36,788 bases of DNA from Octopus sinensis (GCF_006345805.1 NW_021836864.1:1-36788); one strand, 5' to 3'. Counted from the stretch's first letter, positions 13,025 through 26,443 are shown. Numbers and translations: made by a program. The notes: a model not told the origin generated them from the letters alone.

Positions 13025-13089
13025 GTGTGAAGAGTACTGGTAGAATCGTTAGGATATTGGTCGAAGTGCTTTGCGTCGTTTCTTTCAAT

Positions 13090-13240
13090 TATCAGTTCTG
13101 AGTCCATATCTCACACAGGTGTCAACTGTGCCTTTCGTCCTTTCTGGGGTGGGGGTGGTTGATACAATAAGTACCAGTTGAATACTGGTGTCTATGTAAC
13201 CTCCCTTAAAATCGCAGGCCATGTGCCAAAATTTGAAACC
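13090..13240 (+). mobile_element. SINE family C, decayed copy
   Basis: GTTCTGAGTCCA...GCCTTTCGTCCTTTCTGGGG...ATAAGTACCAGTTG. Confidence 0.65.
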
Positions 13241-13302
13241 GATATAAATTATCGACAGTATTGTTTCTGAGTTTATCACTGAACAATGGCATTGAAATAT
13301 AT

Positions 13303-13344
<42 letters not shown>

Positions 13345-13346
<2 letters not shown>

Positions 13347-13672
13347 GGTACTCCCCTGGTTACGACGAGGCGTGCTCCAGCTGATCCGGTTAACGGAAGA
13401 GCCCGCTCGTGAAATTACCGTTCAAGTGGCTGAGCACTCCACAGACACGTGTACCCTTAACGTAGTTCTCATGGAGATCCAGTGCGACGCAGAATGTCAC
13501 AAGGTTGGCCCTTCGGAATTACAGGTACAATTCATTCCTGCCAGCTGAGTGGACTAGACCAACGTGAAAAATAAAGTGTATCGCAAAGAGAGAGAGAGCA
13601 CGCCGCCGAGTGTCGAACCCACGACCTTACAATCGTGAGCCGATTACCCTAACCACTAAGCCACGTGCCTTC
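13345..13672 (-). mobile_element. tRNA-derived SINE (A-related tail, different head)
   Basis: Tail shared with 3601-3780. Head CTAACCACTAAGCCACGTGCCTTC shared with 16392-16730. Confidence 0.75.
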
Positions 13673-13899
13673 ATGCATACCCCCTCCCACAAATACACCC
13701 CCCCCCCTCTCTCTCTCACAGAAACACGTACAAACTCGATAACAAATCTAGCTTTTTTGCTACTTAGTGTTGCGTGTGTCTATTTGTCAAACATTTACTT
13801 GCAAGAAACACATAAAAGGTTTAGTTGAAGGTACCATTTTTTTTCTGCTGTTTTTTTTTGTTTTTATATATTTTTTTTTACATTATTAACTTTACATAA

Positions 13900-13938
<39 letters not shown>

Positions 13939-14081
13939 ATTACACTCGAATGCTGGGTTTACCAATGCAAAAAAAAAAAAAAGAAAAAATAACATTAGAT
14001 TCGTCTATAATGAAAAATTTTCTTTTCTGAAAAAGTTTTTTCACGGATAAAAGATTTTTCACACACGCACTCACACACAAA

Positions 14082-14133
<52 letters not shown>

Positions 14134-14480
14134 AGAGAGAGGAGAGAGACAGAGAGAGAGACAGAGAGAGAGAGACAGAGAGAGAGAAGCATATCTACGG
14201 TGCATGTATTTTTGACTTTTCGAACAGAAGTATGACTTCACAGTTCCTGTTATTGCAATCAATTTACATTCACCCACGTACACATCATACATACATATGT
14301 GTATACATACATGTATGCATATATACATACATATGAATATATGTATTCATATGTATGTGCATGAGAATTCGTGTCTGTATGTATATATCCAGCCACATAC
14401 ATATGTACTGACAACCGAACGCACACTGCTTCATAAATAGTCATGCAATAACATGGACGTAAGCATACGCTCTCACACGC

Positions 14481-14534
<54 letters not shown>

Positions 14535-15610
14535 TATATATATATATATGTGCAGATATGTATATCTTTACTCACACAGACACACTCATGTGTGTGTGTG
14601 TGTGTGTGATGCGTGTAGAATTTCCAGTTAATCAATATTGCGCCAGTGTTCCTTAGTCTGTGAGCCGTTCTCTCTTCATCACCACAGACACGGTGCTAGC
14701 AATGATAATAAGATATTTAAAGAAATAGAAACAACACTTCGATGAGTAACAGTGCAATTAGTAGCCATTTGTTTACGTCAAGGGAAATGTTTACTGCGCC
14801 AACGAATTGGATAATGGCGTATGATTCTGCAACATAACATGGCATTCTTCTGTCATTAATTCTTTGATGTAGCCGGGACAATATTATTGAAGTGTTTCTG
14901 TGGTCTTTGTCAGTCTAGCGAGTGACTTCGTTTCTTAATCTGGAGGTCGTTGTTTACAGTACCTGGTTTGAAGTTTCTCTTATGACATTTCACCGTCCAA
15001 TTTAGTATTTACTAATTTCTACATAGACTGTATACATACATCCCACACATACACACACGCACACACACATACACACACATACACTTATGTATGTATTCAT
15101 GTATTGATAAGTATGTATTTATGTATCAAACTATATTTTTAACAAGGTTTGTGTCACACGATTCCGTCACACTTTCGTGTATAAACACTTTTAAATATCA
15201 CCCATTACTCACACGACACATTCACATTTAAACACAGCAGAAACTTAATTTAATTACGATACCATCAGCCCATTGTTTACAGCTACTGTAAAGTCCACCC
15301 GTGTAATCTACACGCACACAAACTTACAAACCATATGTCAATAGTCGCACTTACTGGTAAAGATCATATAAAATGGCTGACGGATTTTCTGTTAGCTTGC
15401 ATCTATGTAGGTGTTAGCCGTTAAAAACATTCTAAATGCTTCATCTTGTAAGCAAGTAGGGTGTCTTTGGCCTTTGTAAGCACGTAGGGGTGTCTTTGGC
15501 CTTTCATTCGTTCTCAGCAAAACAAACAAACAAAAGCAAAAACAAAAAACCCACAAAGTAATCTCAAACACACAAACACACACACGCTTATATAAATATA
15601 TACATATATA

Positions 15611-15776
15611 GGCGCAGGAGTGGCTGTGTGGTAGGAAGCTTTCTTCCCAGCCATATGGTTCAGGGTTCAGTCCCGCTGCGTAGCACCTTGGGTAAGTGTC
15701 TTCTATGGCCTCAAGCCGACTAAAGCCTTGTGAGCGGATTTGGTAGACGGAAACTGAAAGAAGATCACACACACAC

Positions 15777-15850
<74 letters not shown>

Positions 15851-16262
15851 GTATATATTTGTATGTCTGTGTTTGTTCCCCAACATCGCTTGAAAAACCG
15901 ATGCTGGTGTGTTTACGTCACTGTAACTTAGCGTTTCGGCAATCAGAGACCTATTTCTTTACTACCCACAAGGGGCTAAACATAGAGAGGACAAACAAGG
16001 ACAGACAAATGGATTAAGTCGATTATATCGACCCCAGTGCGTAACTGGTACTTATTTAATCAACCCCGAAAGGATGAAAGGCAAAGTCGACCTCGACGGA
16101 ATTTGAACTCAGAACATAGCAGCAGACGAAATACTGCAAAGCATTTCGCCCGGCGTGCTAACGATTCTGCCAGGGTTACAAAGGATAATTCCTGGGGTCA
16201 ATTTGTTCGGCTAAAGACGGTGCTCCAGCATGGTTGCAGTCAAATGACTGAAACAAATAAAA
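15611..16262 (+). mobile_element. SINE family B with a nested antisense family C copy (about 15951-16172)
   Basis: Head GGCGCAGGAGTGGCTGTGTGGTAGGAAGC...GGTTCAGTCCC, central (CA)n, tail CAGTCAAATGACTGAAAC, interrupted by the family C core. Confidence 0.85.
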
Positions 16263-16391
16263 GAATATATGTATATGTAACGTACATGTGCACACACACA
16301 CATATCCAAAATATAAGGAGTGGATCGTATTACTTACATATCTGGCTTCAGCTTGTTATGAAACAACTGTAGTCTGTATTCTACGTATACC

Positions 16392-16730
16392 GTGGTGACC
16401 CCCTTCGGTCAGACACTGACCATGGGTTTGCACCTAGAGAGTTACCCTCTGAGGCACAAGTCTGGGCAAGGTTGTTTTATGGAAGACCAGCAGTCGCCCA
16501 TGCATACCGGCCTCCCCTCTCCACGTCACCGATGTTGTCCAAGGGAAAGGCAAGGGCCGATACAGCTTGGCACCTGTGACGTCGCAACTCATTTCTACAG
16601 CTGAGTGAACTGGAGCAACGTGAAATAAAGTGTCTTGCTCAAGAACACAACACGCAGCCAGGTCTGGGATTCGAGCTCACAACCTCACGATCGTAAGCTG
16701 GACGCTCTAACCACTGAGCCACGCGCCTTC
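16392..16730 (-). mobile_element. Full-length tRNA-derived SINE with a 9-bp target-site duplication
   Basis: ACGTATACC at 16383-16391 and 16731-16739. Minus-strand head GGCGCGTGGCTCAGTGGTTAGAGCG...CTCGAATCCC. Confidence 0.85.
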
Positions 16731-17265
16731 ACGTATACCACTCCTTATATTTTGGATTTTTATCCTCTTTCTTAGCTGCTTTAGTTTCTAAACCGTGAGC
16801 TGTATGGATACAATTAGCTTATGGAAATCCCGTTTAACTCCGATATAGGAAGAAGTGTGGGATCTAGTCATTCTCATTCCCAAAATGATCCCTCTTAAAT
16901 TTTGCTCAGATTGCTTTCAATATTAGTGTATCAGCGCAAATCTAAATTTTGATTACGATCAGCCAAGTACTTTATCTCGTAAATTAAAGAATCTGATGTT
17001 ATTCGGAATTAAAGTTGGGAAATTTGGGTAATTTTAGCCAATCAGTAGACAGTAAGACAGCTTGTTACCGTGACATCCGCACGTTGTGTTGTGTTTCACC
17101 TGCACGTGTGGATTCTTCCCACGAGATTTACTTCACCCGCGTTTTGTTTTAATAACATTTTATATTTATCAATTGGAATTTTTTAAATATTTTTCCTCAG
17201 TTGTCTTAATATTTTACTTAATATTTACTTCTTGCTCTTTCTCTCTCTCTTCCCCTCTCTCACTG

Positions 17266-17350
<85 letters not shown>

Positions 17351-17455
17351 ATATCTATCTATCTATCTATCTATCTATCTGCACATACATACATACATAC
17401 CTACCTACATACATACCTACCTACCTACATACATACATACATACATACATACATA
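17266..17455. repeat. (TCTA)n/(TACA)n microsatellite
   Basis: Direct reading. Confidence 0.95.
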
Positions 17456-17590
17456 AACAACATGCAGATATATAAATGTATATACGCATGCAAAGTATTT
17501 TGCTCACACGCATACACACACACACACACACGCACGCACATGAATTATTTAATGGAAGCAACGCTATAGTAAAAACTATCATCATAGCAT

Positions 17591-17645
<55 letters not shown>

Positions 17646-17699
17646 GAAATATTAAAATAACTAAGTCTCTCTAAAAGAGAACAGCGGCAGCGTTCCCGG

Positions 17700-17962
17700 A
17701 AAATAATAGTTATCGCCATACTAATATGGCATTCTTGTAAAAATAAGAAAAAAGCTGTCCGCTTATTAGCTCCATGAGGCCATCGCCTTAAGTTAGCTAT
17801 TTGATACACAAACTGTATCCATATAACCTTCGAAGGTTATATGGATACAGTTTGTGTATCAAATAGCTAACTTAAGGCGATGGCCTCATGGAGCTAATAA
17901 GCGGACAGCTTTTTTCTTATTTTTATAAGAATGCCATATTAGTATGGCGATAACTATTATTT

Positions 17963-17963
<1 letters not shown>
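17700..17963. repeat. 264-bp spacerless palindrome
   Basis: 132-bp arms centred on CCTTC|GAAGG (17831/17832). One mismatch seen (G17737/T17926). Confidence 0.95.
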
Positions 17964-17993
<30 letters not shown>

Positions 17994-18782
17994 GTGTATG
18001 TATGTATGTATATATATATATATGTATATGTATATATCTGTGTATGTGTTTTGTATGAAAAACAACGTCTATGTATGTTTACAACATACACACGCACACA
18101 CACATACACACACATACACACACATAAACACACACAAATATCGAAGGCATCTGTTATTATGAGTGAAAAACCAGCCAAACCGCATGCAACGTAATGAAAT
18201 ATTCCAAATTATAGCGACAAAGGGTGAACCATGGGAACCCCTGCATATCCTTGAATACGCTGAATAATAAGAGAAAACAACCTTATACATATGTTGTTTC
18301 CGGTTTACAGGCGCAGGTGCAGTGAAAGTCCATTAACGCAGGCCATAAAAAAAGGGAACGTGAAAACGTGAAAACGACCGACCCAGCCATGAAGGGAAAC
18401 CTGTGTTCTGTAGAAAAGTCATTTCTCACGAAACGTACCGTTACTCTCCGATGCTTCTACAAACCTAAACCATGTCTCTATTCAATGGAATTTATTTCAG
18501 TTGGTTAATTCCCGTTGTTTAACAACAGTTGGGTAGGAAATATTTCTTGTTCTCTCTTCTAGAATGTTCAGCAGATAACAACAACAATTTGTAACAAAAG
18601 GTGAGGAGAAATGAGGGAAAGCGGGTTTGAAAGTTTATTTTTTGAAACGCATCCAATTACATTCTATGCAGGCAGTTCTCTTGTTATTTGTATTGTATTC
18701 TAATGGGCTTGCTAATGTTCCAGAATTTTCCAAATGTTCTAAACTGGCTAAGCAAGATTGAAAATTTATGTTGGGTTAGTAA

Positions 18783-18831
<49 letters not shown>

Positions 18832-19342
18832 CACATACACAGTTCTGCTGTTTTTCTTAGTTTATGGACTCTGCAGTGAACTGGCTTCCAAAATGGCGTT
18901 CACAATTGAATTCAGCGATTCAATTGTGTATAGGATCTGTATAACACTCACTTTCTCTCATTCTCATATACTCACACGCACACATACACACACACTTACA
19001 CATGTGTACTTATGCAATACAAATTACATAAGCATAATTATACAAATCTATCTATCTATCTATATATATAATGTATATATATATATACTGTATATATATA
19101 TATATATATATATAATGTATATATATATATATATATACATTATATATATATATGTATATATTATATATGCATATAGCTATCGTTTGTATACACATACGCG
19201 CACACACAAATACATTCCTACACGTATATACTTATGCATGTATATGTATGCATGTATTACATATGTATATATATTTACATGTGTGTGTGTATATATATGT
19301 ATGTATGTATGTATGCATGTAGGTATCTATCAATCTATCTAT

Positions 19343-19423
<81 letters not shown>

Positions 19424-20178
19424 CTATACACACAATGTATTGAAAAACTGGGATAGGGGAAAGGGAAGAGAAACAGGTTTTAGCGAGTGATAAAGGAAAT
19501 ATAGAGTAAAGAGGACGTGCAAGGGAAATGAGGGTTGAAGAAAAGAAAGTACAAGTACATAAAAGAGAGGTAGAGAGGTAAAGAAGTAGAGGGAGACAAA
19601 CAGAGAGAAAGAAAGAGCAGGAGAAAGACAGAGAGTGAGAGAGAGAGAGAAAGGGAAAATTTAGTAATAGCTGATGGAAAAGCTCCGATTACATCTGTAT
19701 TTCGAAAGTTTTGGCATAAAATTTATTAAGGCGAGAAAGCCGAATCTTCGAAGTTACTATCAATATTTGACTTGTGAGAGATAGATACCGATTCTTCTAA
19801 AAAGTATTGGGTAATCTTTCAGTTGCAGATTAAATTGTTTTAATATATAACATGACATAAAATCCATACGTGTTAGAGAGAAGGCGTGAAAGATATACAC
19901 ATGGAAGATCCTTGAAGGTCTAGCTCCCAATTTTAGAATTGGAAGCTATGCCAACCACCGACCTGGACGGCACAGAGAAACAAAGAAGAGCAGCTCCGTC
20001 CACCCCGTTGTTGCATCCCCCCACCAAAAAAAACAGTACAGAAAGGAAACGCAAACACACTGAAAAGTAGTGCTCAAGCAGGGCCACAGCATCTGGGTGA
20101 AACTAGTAAGCGATAAAAGATTATATATATATATACACACACATACATATATATATACATATATGTACATACATACAT

Positions 20179-20227
<49 letters not shown>

Positions 20228-20270
20228 ATATATATAATATACACATATATATACATATATATACATATAT

Positions 20271-20365
20271 ATTCCTTCTCTGAGCGTCTGCTAATACATT
20301 GCATGTACCACGTGCTTGCGTTGTTTTTTCTTGTTATTGTTCCTAGTTTTTTTTTTATTATCAAA
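20271..20365 (+). repeat. Short dispersed repeat, inverted partner of 22515-22610
   Basis: Near-identical reverse complement of 22515-22610, also similar to 20410-20475. Confidence 0.85.
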
Positions 20366-20487
20366 TATATATATATATATGTATGTAAAGTTAATCCAAA
20401 CTTGAAAGCACAAAAAAACACAACAACGCGAGGACGTGGAACAAATATAGTATTATTGGACGCTCAGGAAAGAAGGAAAGAAGGAGG

Positions 20488-20522
20488 GCTTAACGTTTCG
20501 AGCTGAGCTCTTCGTCGGAAAC
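20488..20522 (-). ncRNA. Minimal hammerhead-like motif (U4C variant)
   Basis: Minus strand GTTT-CCGACGA-A-GAGC/tca/GCTC-GAAACGTT-AAGC. Confidence 0.55.
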
Positions 20523-20720
20523 ATAGGAGAATGTATGTATGTATATATAAATATAAATTCGATTAGAGGTTGTGTTAACCGCGTGAAGGGATGGTTGCAT
20601 CCAAGGGAATACCGGTTCAATACCTAGTATTTTTGGGGAATGAATTTCCTGAAAATAACAGGTATCTGTATAAAAACATATAGTTTATATTCATATAAAA
20701 GAAGAAAAAGTAGATGGTGT

Positions 20721-21166
20721 TTGGGAAGTTAATAATTGTTTATTATTAACAGCATATTCATCCTCCTCCCTTACAGCTGTTTCAATTAATGCCTAGTAAA
20801 TATTAAATAAATATTATATTTATATGACCCAAGTATCATATTTTCAGAGGGGAAAAATATACTCTTGGATGTTTTATGTGTTTATGGATTCATTATAGCA
20901 GACTAGATGATACATTCAGTATCATTCAGTTTGCTATAATGAATCCATGAACACGTAATATAAACACATAACATATTGCAGAGTCAGCTATAATGAATTC
21001 ATAAACACACATAAAATATCCAAGGTCATATTTTTTCCTCTGAAGATATGATGCTCGGGTCATATAAATTTAATATTTACTTAATATTTACTGAGTATTA
21101 ATTGAAACGGCTGTAAGGGATGATGATTAATTTGGTGTTAATAATAAACAATTATTAACTTCCCAA
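20721..21166. repeat. Diverged inverted repeat (~185-bp arms), each arm with a hammerhead-like motif
   Basis: 20721-20904 pairs with 20982-21166. HHR-like motifs at 21035-21120 (+) and 20767-20853 (-, core mutated to CTGAAAA). Confidence 0.85.
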
Positions 21167-21208
21167 TCTCCATTTTCTTTTTCTTCTTTTACACAGATAC
21201 ATGTACAC

Positions 21209-21239
<31 letters not shown>

Positions 21240-21309
21240 TGTATGTATGTATGTATGTATGTATGTATGTATGTATGTATGTATATGTTGTGTGTGTGTG
21301 TATGGAGGT

Positions 21310-21810
21310 GCAACACGACAAAGTTGAGCTTCCATCTTCAGATTCTTGAAGCTACCCATGATGTATTGCCATTCCCAGCAATCTGCTGCTGAGATGGAAA
21401 ATAGCAAATGATGACAAATGTAGTTGCAGAAAAGTTGGCACACTAATGCATATTCTATCTAACTGCTCAATGGCGTTGGGAAGGTACAAATGGAGACACA
21501 ATGAGGTCCTCAGAATTCTCTATAGTGCCGCTTAGAAGCAGTTAGAAATGCTTAATGGTGGCAAGAAACCGCAGAAAGACAGCAGTTGATGGTTTCTCAC
21601 ATTTGTTCGTCAAGGTTACGATAGTTACCCAAAACAGGAGAAAGCTGTGAATGAAGAGAACAAAGATGGAATTCGGTAGGTGACAGCAAATTGTGTAGAG
21701 TGTGAATGTTTCTTTCCAATACAAACAAGGAAGAAGTTGGATAGGACAATATGGAGTGTGGAATGTAAGATAGAACAGCTTGTTGGATTAACTGTTCCAC
21801 ATAAAGACAT
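21310..21810 (+). mobile_element. Hero-like non-LTR retrotransposon C-terminal fragment
   Basis: Across frameshifts: ATHDVLPFPA.LLRWKIANDDKCSCRKVGTLMHILSNCSMALGRYKWRHNEVL (CCHC + RHN), then a degenerate RLE segment ...IWS...LTVP. Confidence 0.8.
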
Positions 21811-21869
21811 TTAGATGTAACCCAGGTAAAAAAAAAACGAGCTTATAACTTGACATAAAAACAATATAT

Positions 21870-22100
21870 GGGCGTGTGTGTGTGTGTGTGTTTGTCATTA
21901 TGTTTGTGCTTGTCCCTACCACGGTTTGACAACCGGTCTTGGATTGTTTACGTCCCGTAAAAATAGCGGTTCGGCAAGCAAGACGAATAAAATAAGTACC
22001 AGATTTAAAACCAAGCAATGGGATCAGTTTGCTAGAGAAAATACTCCAAGATGTGGAGCCAAGCAGATCTGTAGACCAATGACCGAAACAGGTAAGAGGT
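21870..22100 (+). mobile_element. SINE family B, 3' half
   Basis: GTTTACGTCCCGTAA...AATAAGTACCAG...CAATGACCGAAACAGGTAA. Confidence 0.7.
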
Positions 22101-22249
22101 AAAAGGTACACTTTTTTACCTACCTACTTAATTACCTAATTACCTACCTACACACATACCTACTTACCTATTTACCTACGTATATACATTCACTACACCG
22201 CACAAACAAACACGCTACACATACGTTTATAAAAGTATTTGTTTTATCT

Positions 22250-22671
22250 TTTATGCTTTAGACTGTGGCCATGCTGGGGTACCGTCTTGAAAAATTTTTA
22301 GTCGAACGAATCGGTCTAAGTATTTTTTTTAAGACGAGCACTTATTCGATCGATCTCTTTTGCCAAGCTGCTAAGTTACGGGAACGTAAACACGCCAACA
22401 CTGATTGTCAAGAGGTGGTTGAGGACAAAGACACACATAAAAACACACACACACGCACACACACACATACACGCACATACATATGTGTATATACGACAAG
22501 CTTCGTTTAGTTTTATTTGATAATAAAAAAAACTAGGAACAATCACAAGAAAAAACAACGCGAGTACGTGGTACATGCAATGTATTAGCAGACGCTCAGA
22601 GAAGGAATATATATGTATATATATGTATATATATGTGTATATATATATATACATATATATATATGTATGTA

Positions 22672-22712
<41 letters not shown>

Positions 22713-22837
22713 TGGCATAGCTTCCAATGGCCTCAGCGATGCCATAGTAGAAGACACTTGCATAAGGTGCCACGCAGTGGGATTGAACCCGGAACTATGT
22801 GGTTGGGAACCAAGCTTCTTACCACACGGACACGCCT
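22250..22837 (-). mobile_element. SINE family B interrupted by the 22515-22610 repeat and (TA)n
   Basis: Tail at 22250-22500, head at 22740-22837. Confidence 0.75.
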
Positions 22838-22912
22838 ATAAACACATTTCTTTTATATATTTATTTATACACATTTATATTTTTACATACATATACATCG
22901 ATCCTCCCTCCC

Positions 22913-22996
<84 letters not shown>

Positions 22997-22999
22997 CGT

Positions 23000-23300
23000 G
23001 ATCACCGTGACCGACCAGGCTATCATATGTTGCTACACATCGCTGGTCACAATGCGCTTCGCATTGTTTTAGCCTTCAATGACGCCACCCCGCTGGCTAA
23101 GCGAGCAGGCCAACTGAAGAAAGAGTGAGAGAAAGTTGTGGCGAAAGAGTACAGCAGGGGTCAGTACCACCCCCCGCCGGAGCCTCGTGGAGCTTTGGGT
23201 GTTTTCGCTCAATAAATACTCACAACGCCCGGTCTGGGAATCGAAACTGCGATCCTACGACCGCGAGTCCGCTGCCCTAACCACCGGGTCATTGCGACTC
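23000..23300 (-). mobile_element. SINE family A
   Basis: High similarity to 4341-4617. Confidence 0.85.
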
Positions 23301-24400
23301 CATATATATATATATGCACACACATACACCACACACACACACACACACAAATGTTTGCGCGAGTAGAAAAGGAATTTCTTTTTACTTAAATATATTCAGT
23401 GAAGTAAGAAAGACTGGAAACATCAGACAACGCTAGGAAATCGAGTTGGTTTCCTTTTTTTCTCCTTCTATTCTTAATGCGTGATCTTTGATCGGACTTA
23501 TGGTGACTGTAAAATATTTCTTGGAATTTTGCAGACTTGTATTTTCCAATTTTGCTTCCAAAAGTAAATTCAATGGTTGCTAGAAATCTCTGATCTAACC
23601 GATCTATCGGTATAATTACTTTGGAAAATGCTTAGGATAAAGAAACACGTTTTATTATTTTGGTGCAAAAGCTTGGTGAAGAATCGTGGATCTCTGAATG
23701 GAAAAGAATTGTTTGCAAAGATACGGTTTGTGACTTTAATAATAAAGGATCCGTGGTTAACCTTCCCATGGTAACCTTTTAAACTTTGGTAAGTGGCTTA
23801 GAATGACCAAGTTAAACTTAGGAAGCATCGGAAATATTTGACGTGTGTTTATGTGCATGTATGCATATGTGAAGGTATATATGTATACATGTGCATATAT
23901 TCTTAGAAGTATGTGTCTATACTCACTCATTTATACACATGCACGCACACAGACTCAGATATTGATCCCACTAATACACACACACACGTACACACACACA
24001 TGCATTCACACGTATACATGAAAGAACACTGTTCTCGCATAAAAAGGTCTAGAAACACACACATAAACGCACGTATTATTCCCCATAAACGCACTCATAT
24101 ATATATATATATATATATACATGCGCAAATGTCGAAAGATGAAATGAGTGCTCAACAGCGCATTGGTGGATACTGTTTTCCAAAATGGAGGTGAACAACT
24201 TTCTCCATGTGATCGGCTTAAAAAATTCTTAAGACACTAGGATATTTTACGATTTTTCTTAATATGAAACCAATGGTAGCCTTAATTCAAAAATACAGAA
24301 ATCATTTATCCATCAATGCAGTATACATATATATATATATATTATTTTTGAGTATGCATTGTCTGGGAGATTTTTCTTATAATATATATATATATATATA

Positions 24401-24996
24401 TTTCAACAATTGAGGGTAAAATTAATTAATTAATTAATCAAATTTCACCAAGTATTCAGTATGCAAAGGGACCATTTAAGGCAAATTCAATTATTACATT
24501 ATATAAAAGGGCTTAGTAAAATAAATTACTTTGCCGCATACTGAACTCGTTAGAAATAGCAGCTAAAGAAACTATTTCTAACACTTAAAGAAAACCTCTC
24601 TCATATAGTGCTTGCTCAATTCAACCCAAGAAAGTATGAGGGTAGAGACCCATTAAAAATCAAATGCAAAGGTTATTTGAGTACGTACGTTTTCAAGATT
24701 AGCCAAGTTCGACCCTTCTCTCATCAGCTCAGAATGCCCTTGTTTGAGTTTGAAACACTGAAAATGGGAGCATACCCTTTCGGCTTGTTATCGCTTCTGA
24801 AGATTTGTTCCCAACTAACAGTGCTAGCTAACTCAAATATGCAAGAGAAAAATTTCTGTTCTCCCCTTTCCACCAGCGTGGGTTAAAATCAGCAACACTA
24901 TCCTTTTTTTTTCGGTAAAATCCAAGACAATTAAGTAGAGAGAGATGAATTATAATTTCAACAATTGAGGGTAAAATTAATTAATTAATTAATCAA
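24401..24996 (-). repeat. Inverted copy (~1.1 units) of the ~550-bp HHR repeat
   Basis: Reverse complement of the array unit. HHR at 24678-24731. Confidence 0.92.
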
Positions 24997-26443
24997 GTAA
25001 TTTATTTTACTAAGCCCTTTTATATAATGTAATAATTTGAATTTGCCTTAAATGGTCCCTTTGCATACTGAATACTTGGTGAATTTGATTAATTAATTAA
25101 TTAATTTTACCCTCAATTGTTGAAATTATATTCATCTCTCTCTACTTAATTGTCTTGGATTTTACCGAAAAAAAAGGATAGTGTTTGCTGATTTTAACCC
25201 ACGCTGGGGAAAGGGGAGAACAGAAATTTTTCTCTTGCATATTTGAGTTAGCTAGCACTGTTAGTTGGGAACAAATCTTCAGAAGCGATAACAAGCCGAA
25301 AGGGTATGCTCCCATTTTCAGTGTTTTCAAACTCAAACAAGGGCATTCTGAGCTGATGAGAGAAGGGTCGAACTTGGCTAATCTTGAAAGTACGTACTCA
25401 AATAACCTTTGCATTTTTGATTTTTAATGTCTCTACCCTCATACTTTCTTGGGTTGAATTGAGCAAGCACTATATGAGAGAGGTTTTCTTTAAGTGTTAG
25501 AAATAGTTTCTTAGCTGCTATTCTAACGAGTTCAGTATGCGGCAAAGTAATTTATTTTACTAAGCCCTTTTATATAATGGAATAATTTGAATTTGCTTAA
25601 ATTGGTCCCTTTGCATACTGAATTACTTGGTGAATTGATTAATTAATTAATTAATTTTACCCTCAATTGTTGAAATTATAATTATTCTCTCTCTACTTAA
25701 TTGTCTTGGATTTTACCGAAAAAAAGGATAGTGTTTGCTTGATTTTAACCCACGCTGGGTGGAAAGGGGAGAACAGAATTTTTCCTTGCATATTTGAGTT
25801 AGCTAGCACTGTTAGTTGGGAACAAATCTTCAGAAGCGATAAACAAGCCGAAAGGGTATGCTCCCATTTTCAGTGTTTTCAAACTCAAACAAGGGCATTC
25901 TGAGCTGATAGAGAAAGGGTCGAACTTGGCTAATCTTGAAAACGTACGTACTCAAATAACCTTTGCATTGATTTTTTAATGTCTCTACCCTCATACTTCT
26001 TGGGTTGAATTGAGCAAGCACTATGAGAGAGGGTTTTCTTTAAGTGTTAGAAATAGTTTCTTTAGATGCTATTCTAACGAGTTCAGTATGCGGCAAAGTA
26101 ATTTATTTACTAAGCCCTTTATATAATGTAATAATTTGATTTGCCTTAAATGGTCCCTTTGCATACTGAATATGGTGAATTTGATTAATTAATTAATTAA
26201 TTTTACCCTCAATTGTTGAAATTATAATTCATCTCTCTCACTTAATTGTCTTGGATTTTACCGAAAAAAAAAGGATAGTGTTGCTGATTTTAACCCACGC
26301 TGGTGGAAAGGGGAGAACAGAATTTTTCTCTTGCATATTTGAGTTAGCTAGCACTGTAGTTGGGAACAAATCTTCAGAAGCGATAACAAGCCGAAAGGGT
26401 ATGCTCCCATTTTCAGTGTTTTCAAACTCAAACAAGGGCATTC

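Noticed and set aside
15448-15504. ~28-bp tandem duplication (and a 16-bp one at about 31993-32027)
   Set aside because: Ordinary local slippage duplications.
24790-24860. Second, antisense hammerhead in the unit (CTGAAGA...GAAA)
   Set aside because: No convincing stem I or II pairing around the motif.
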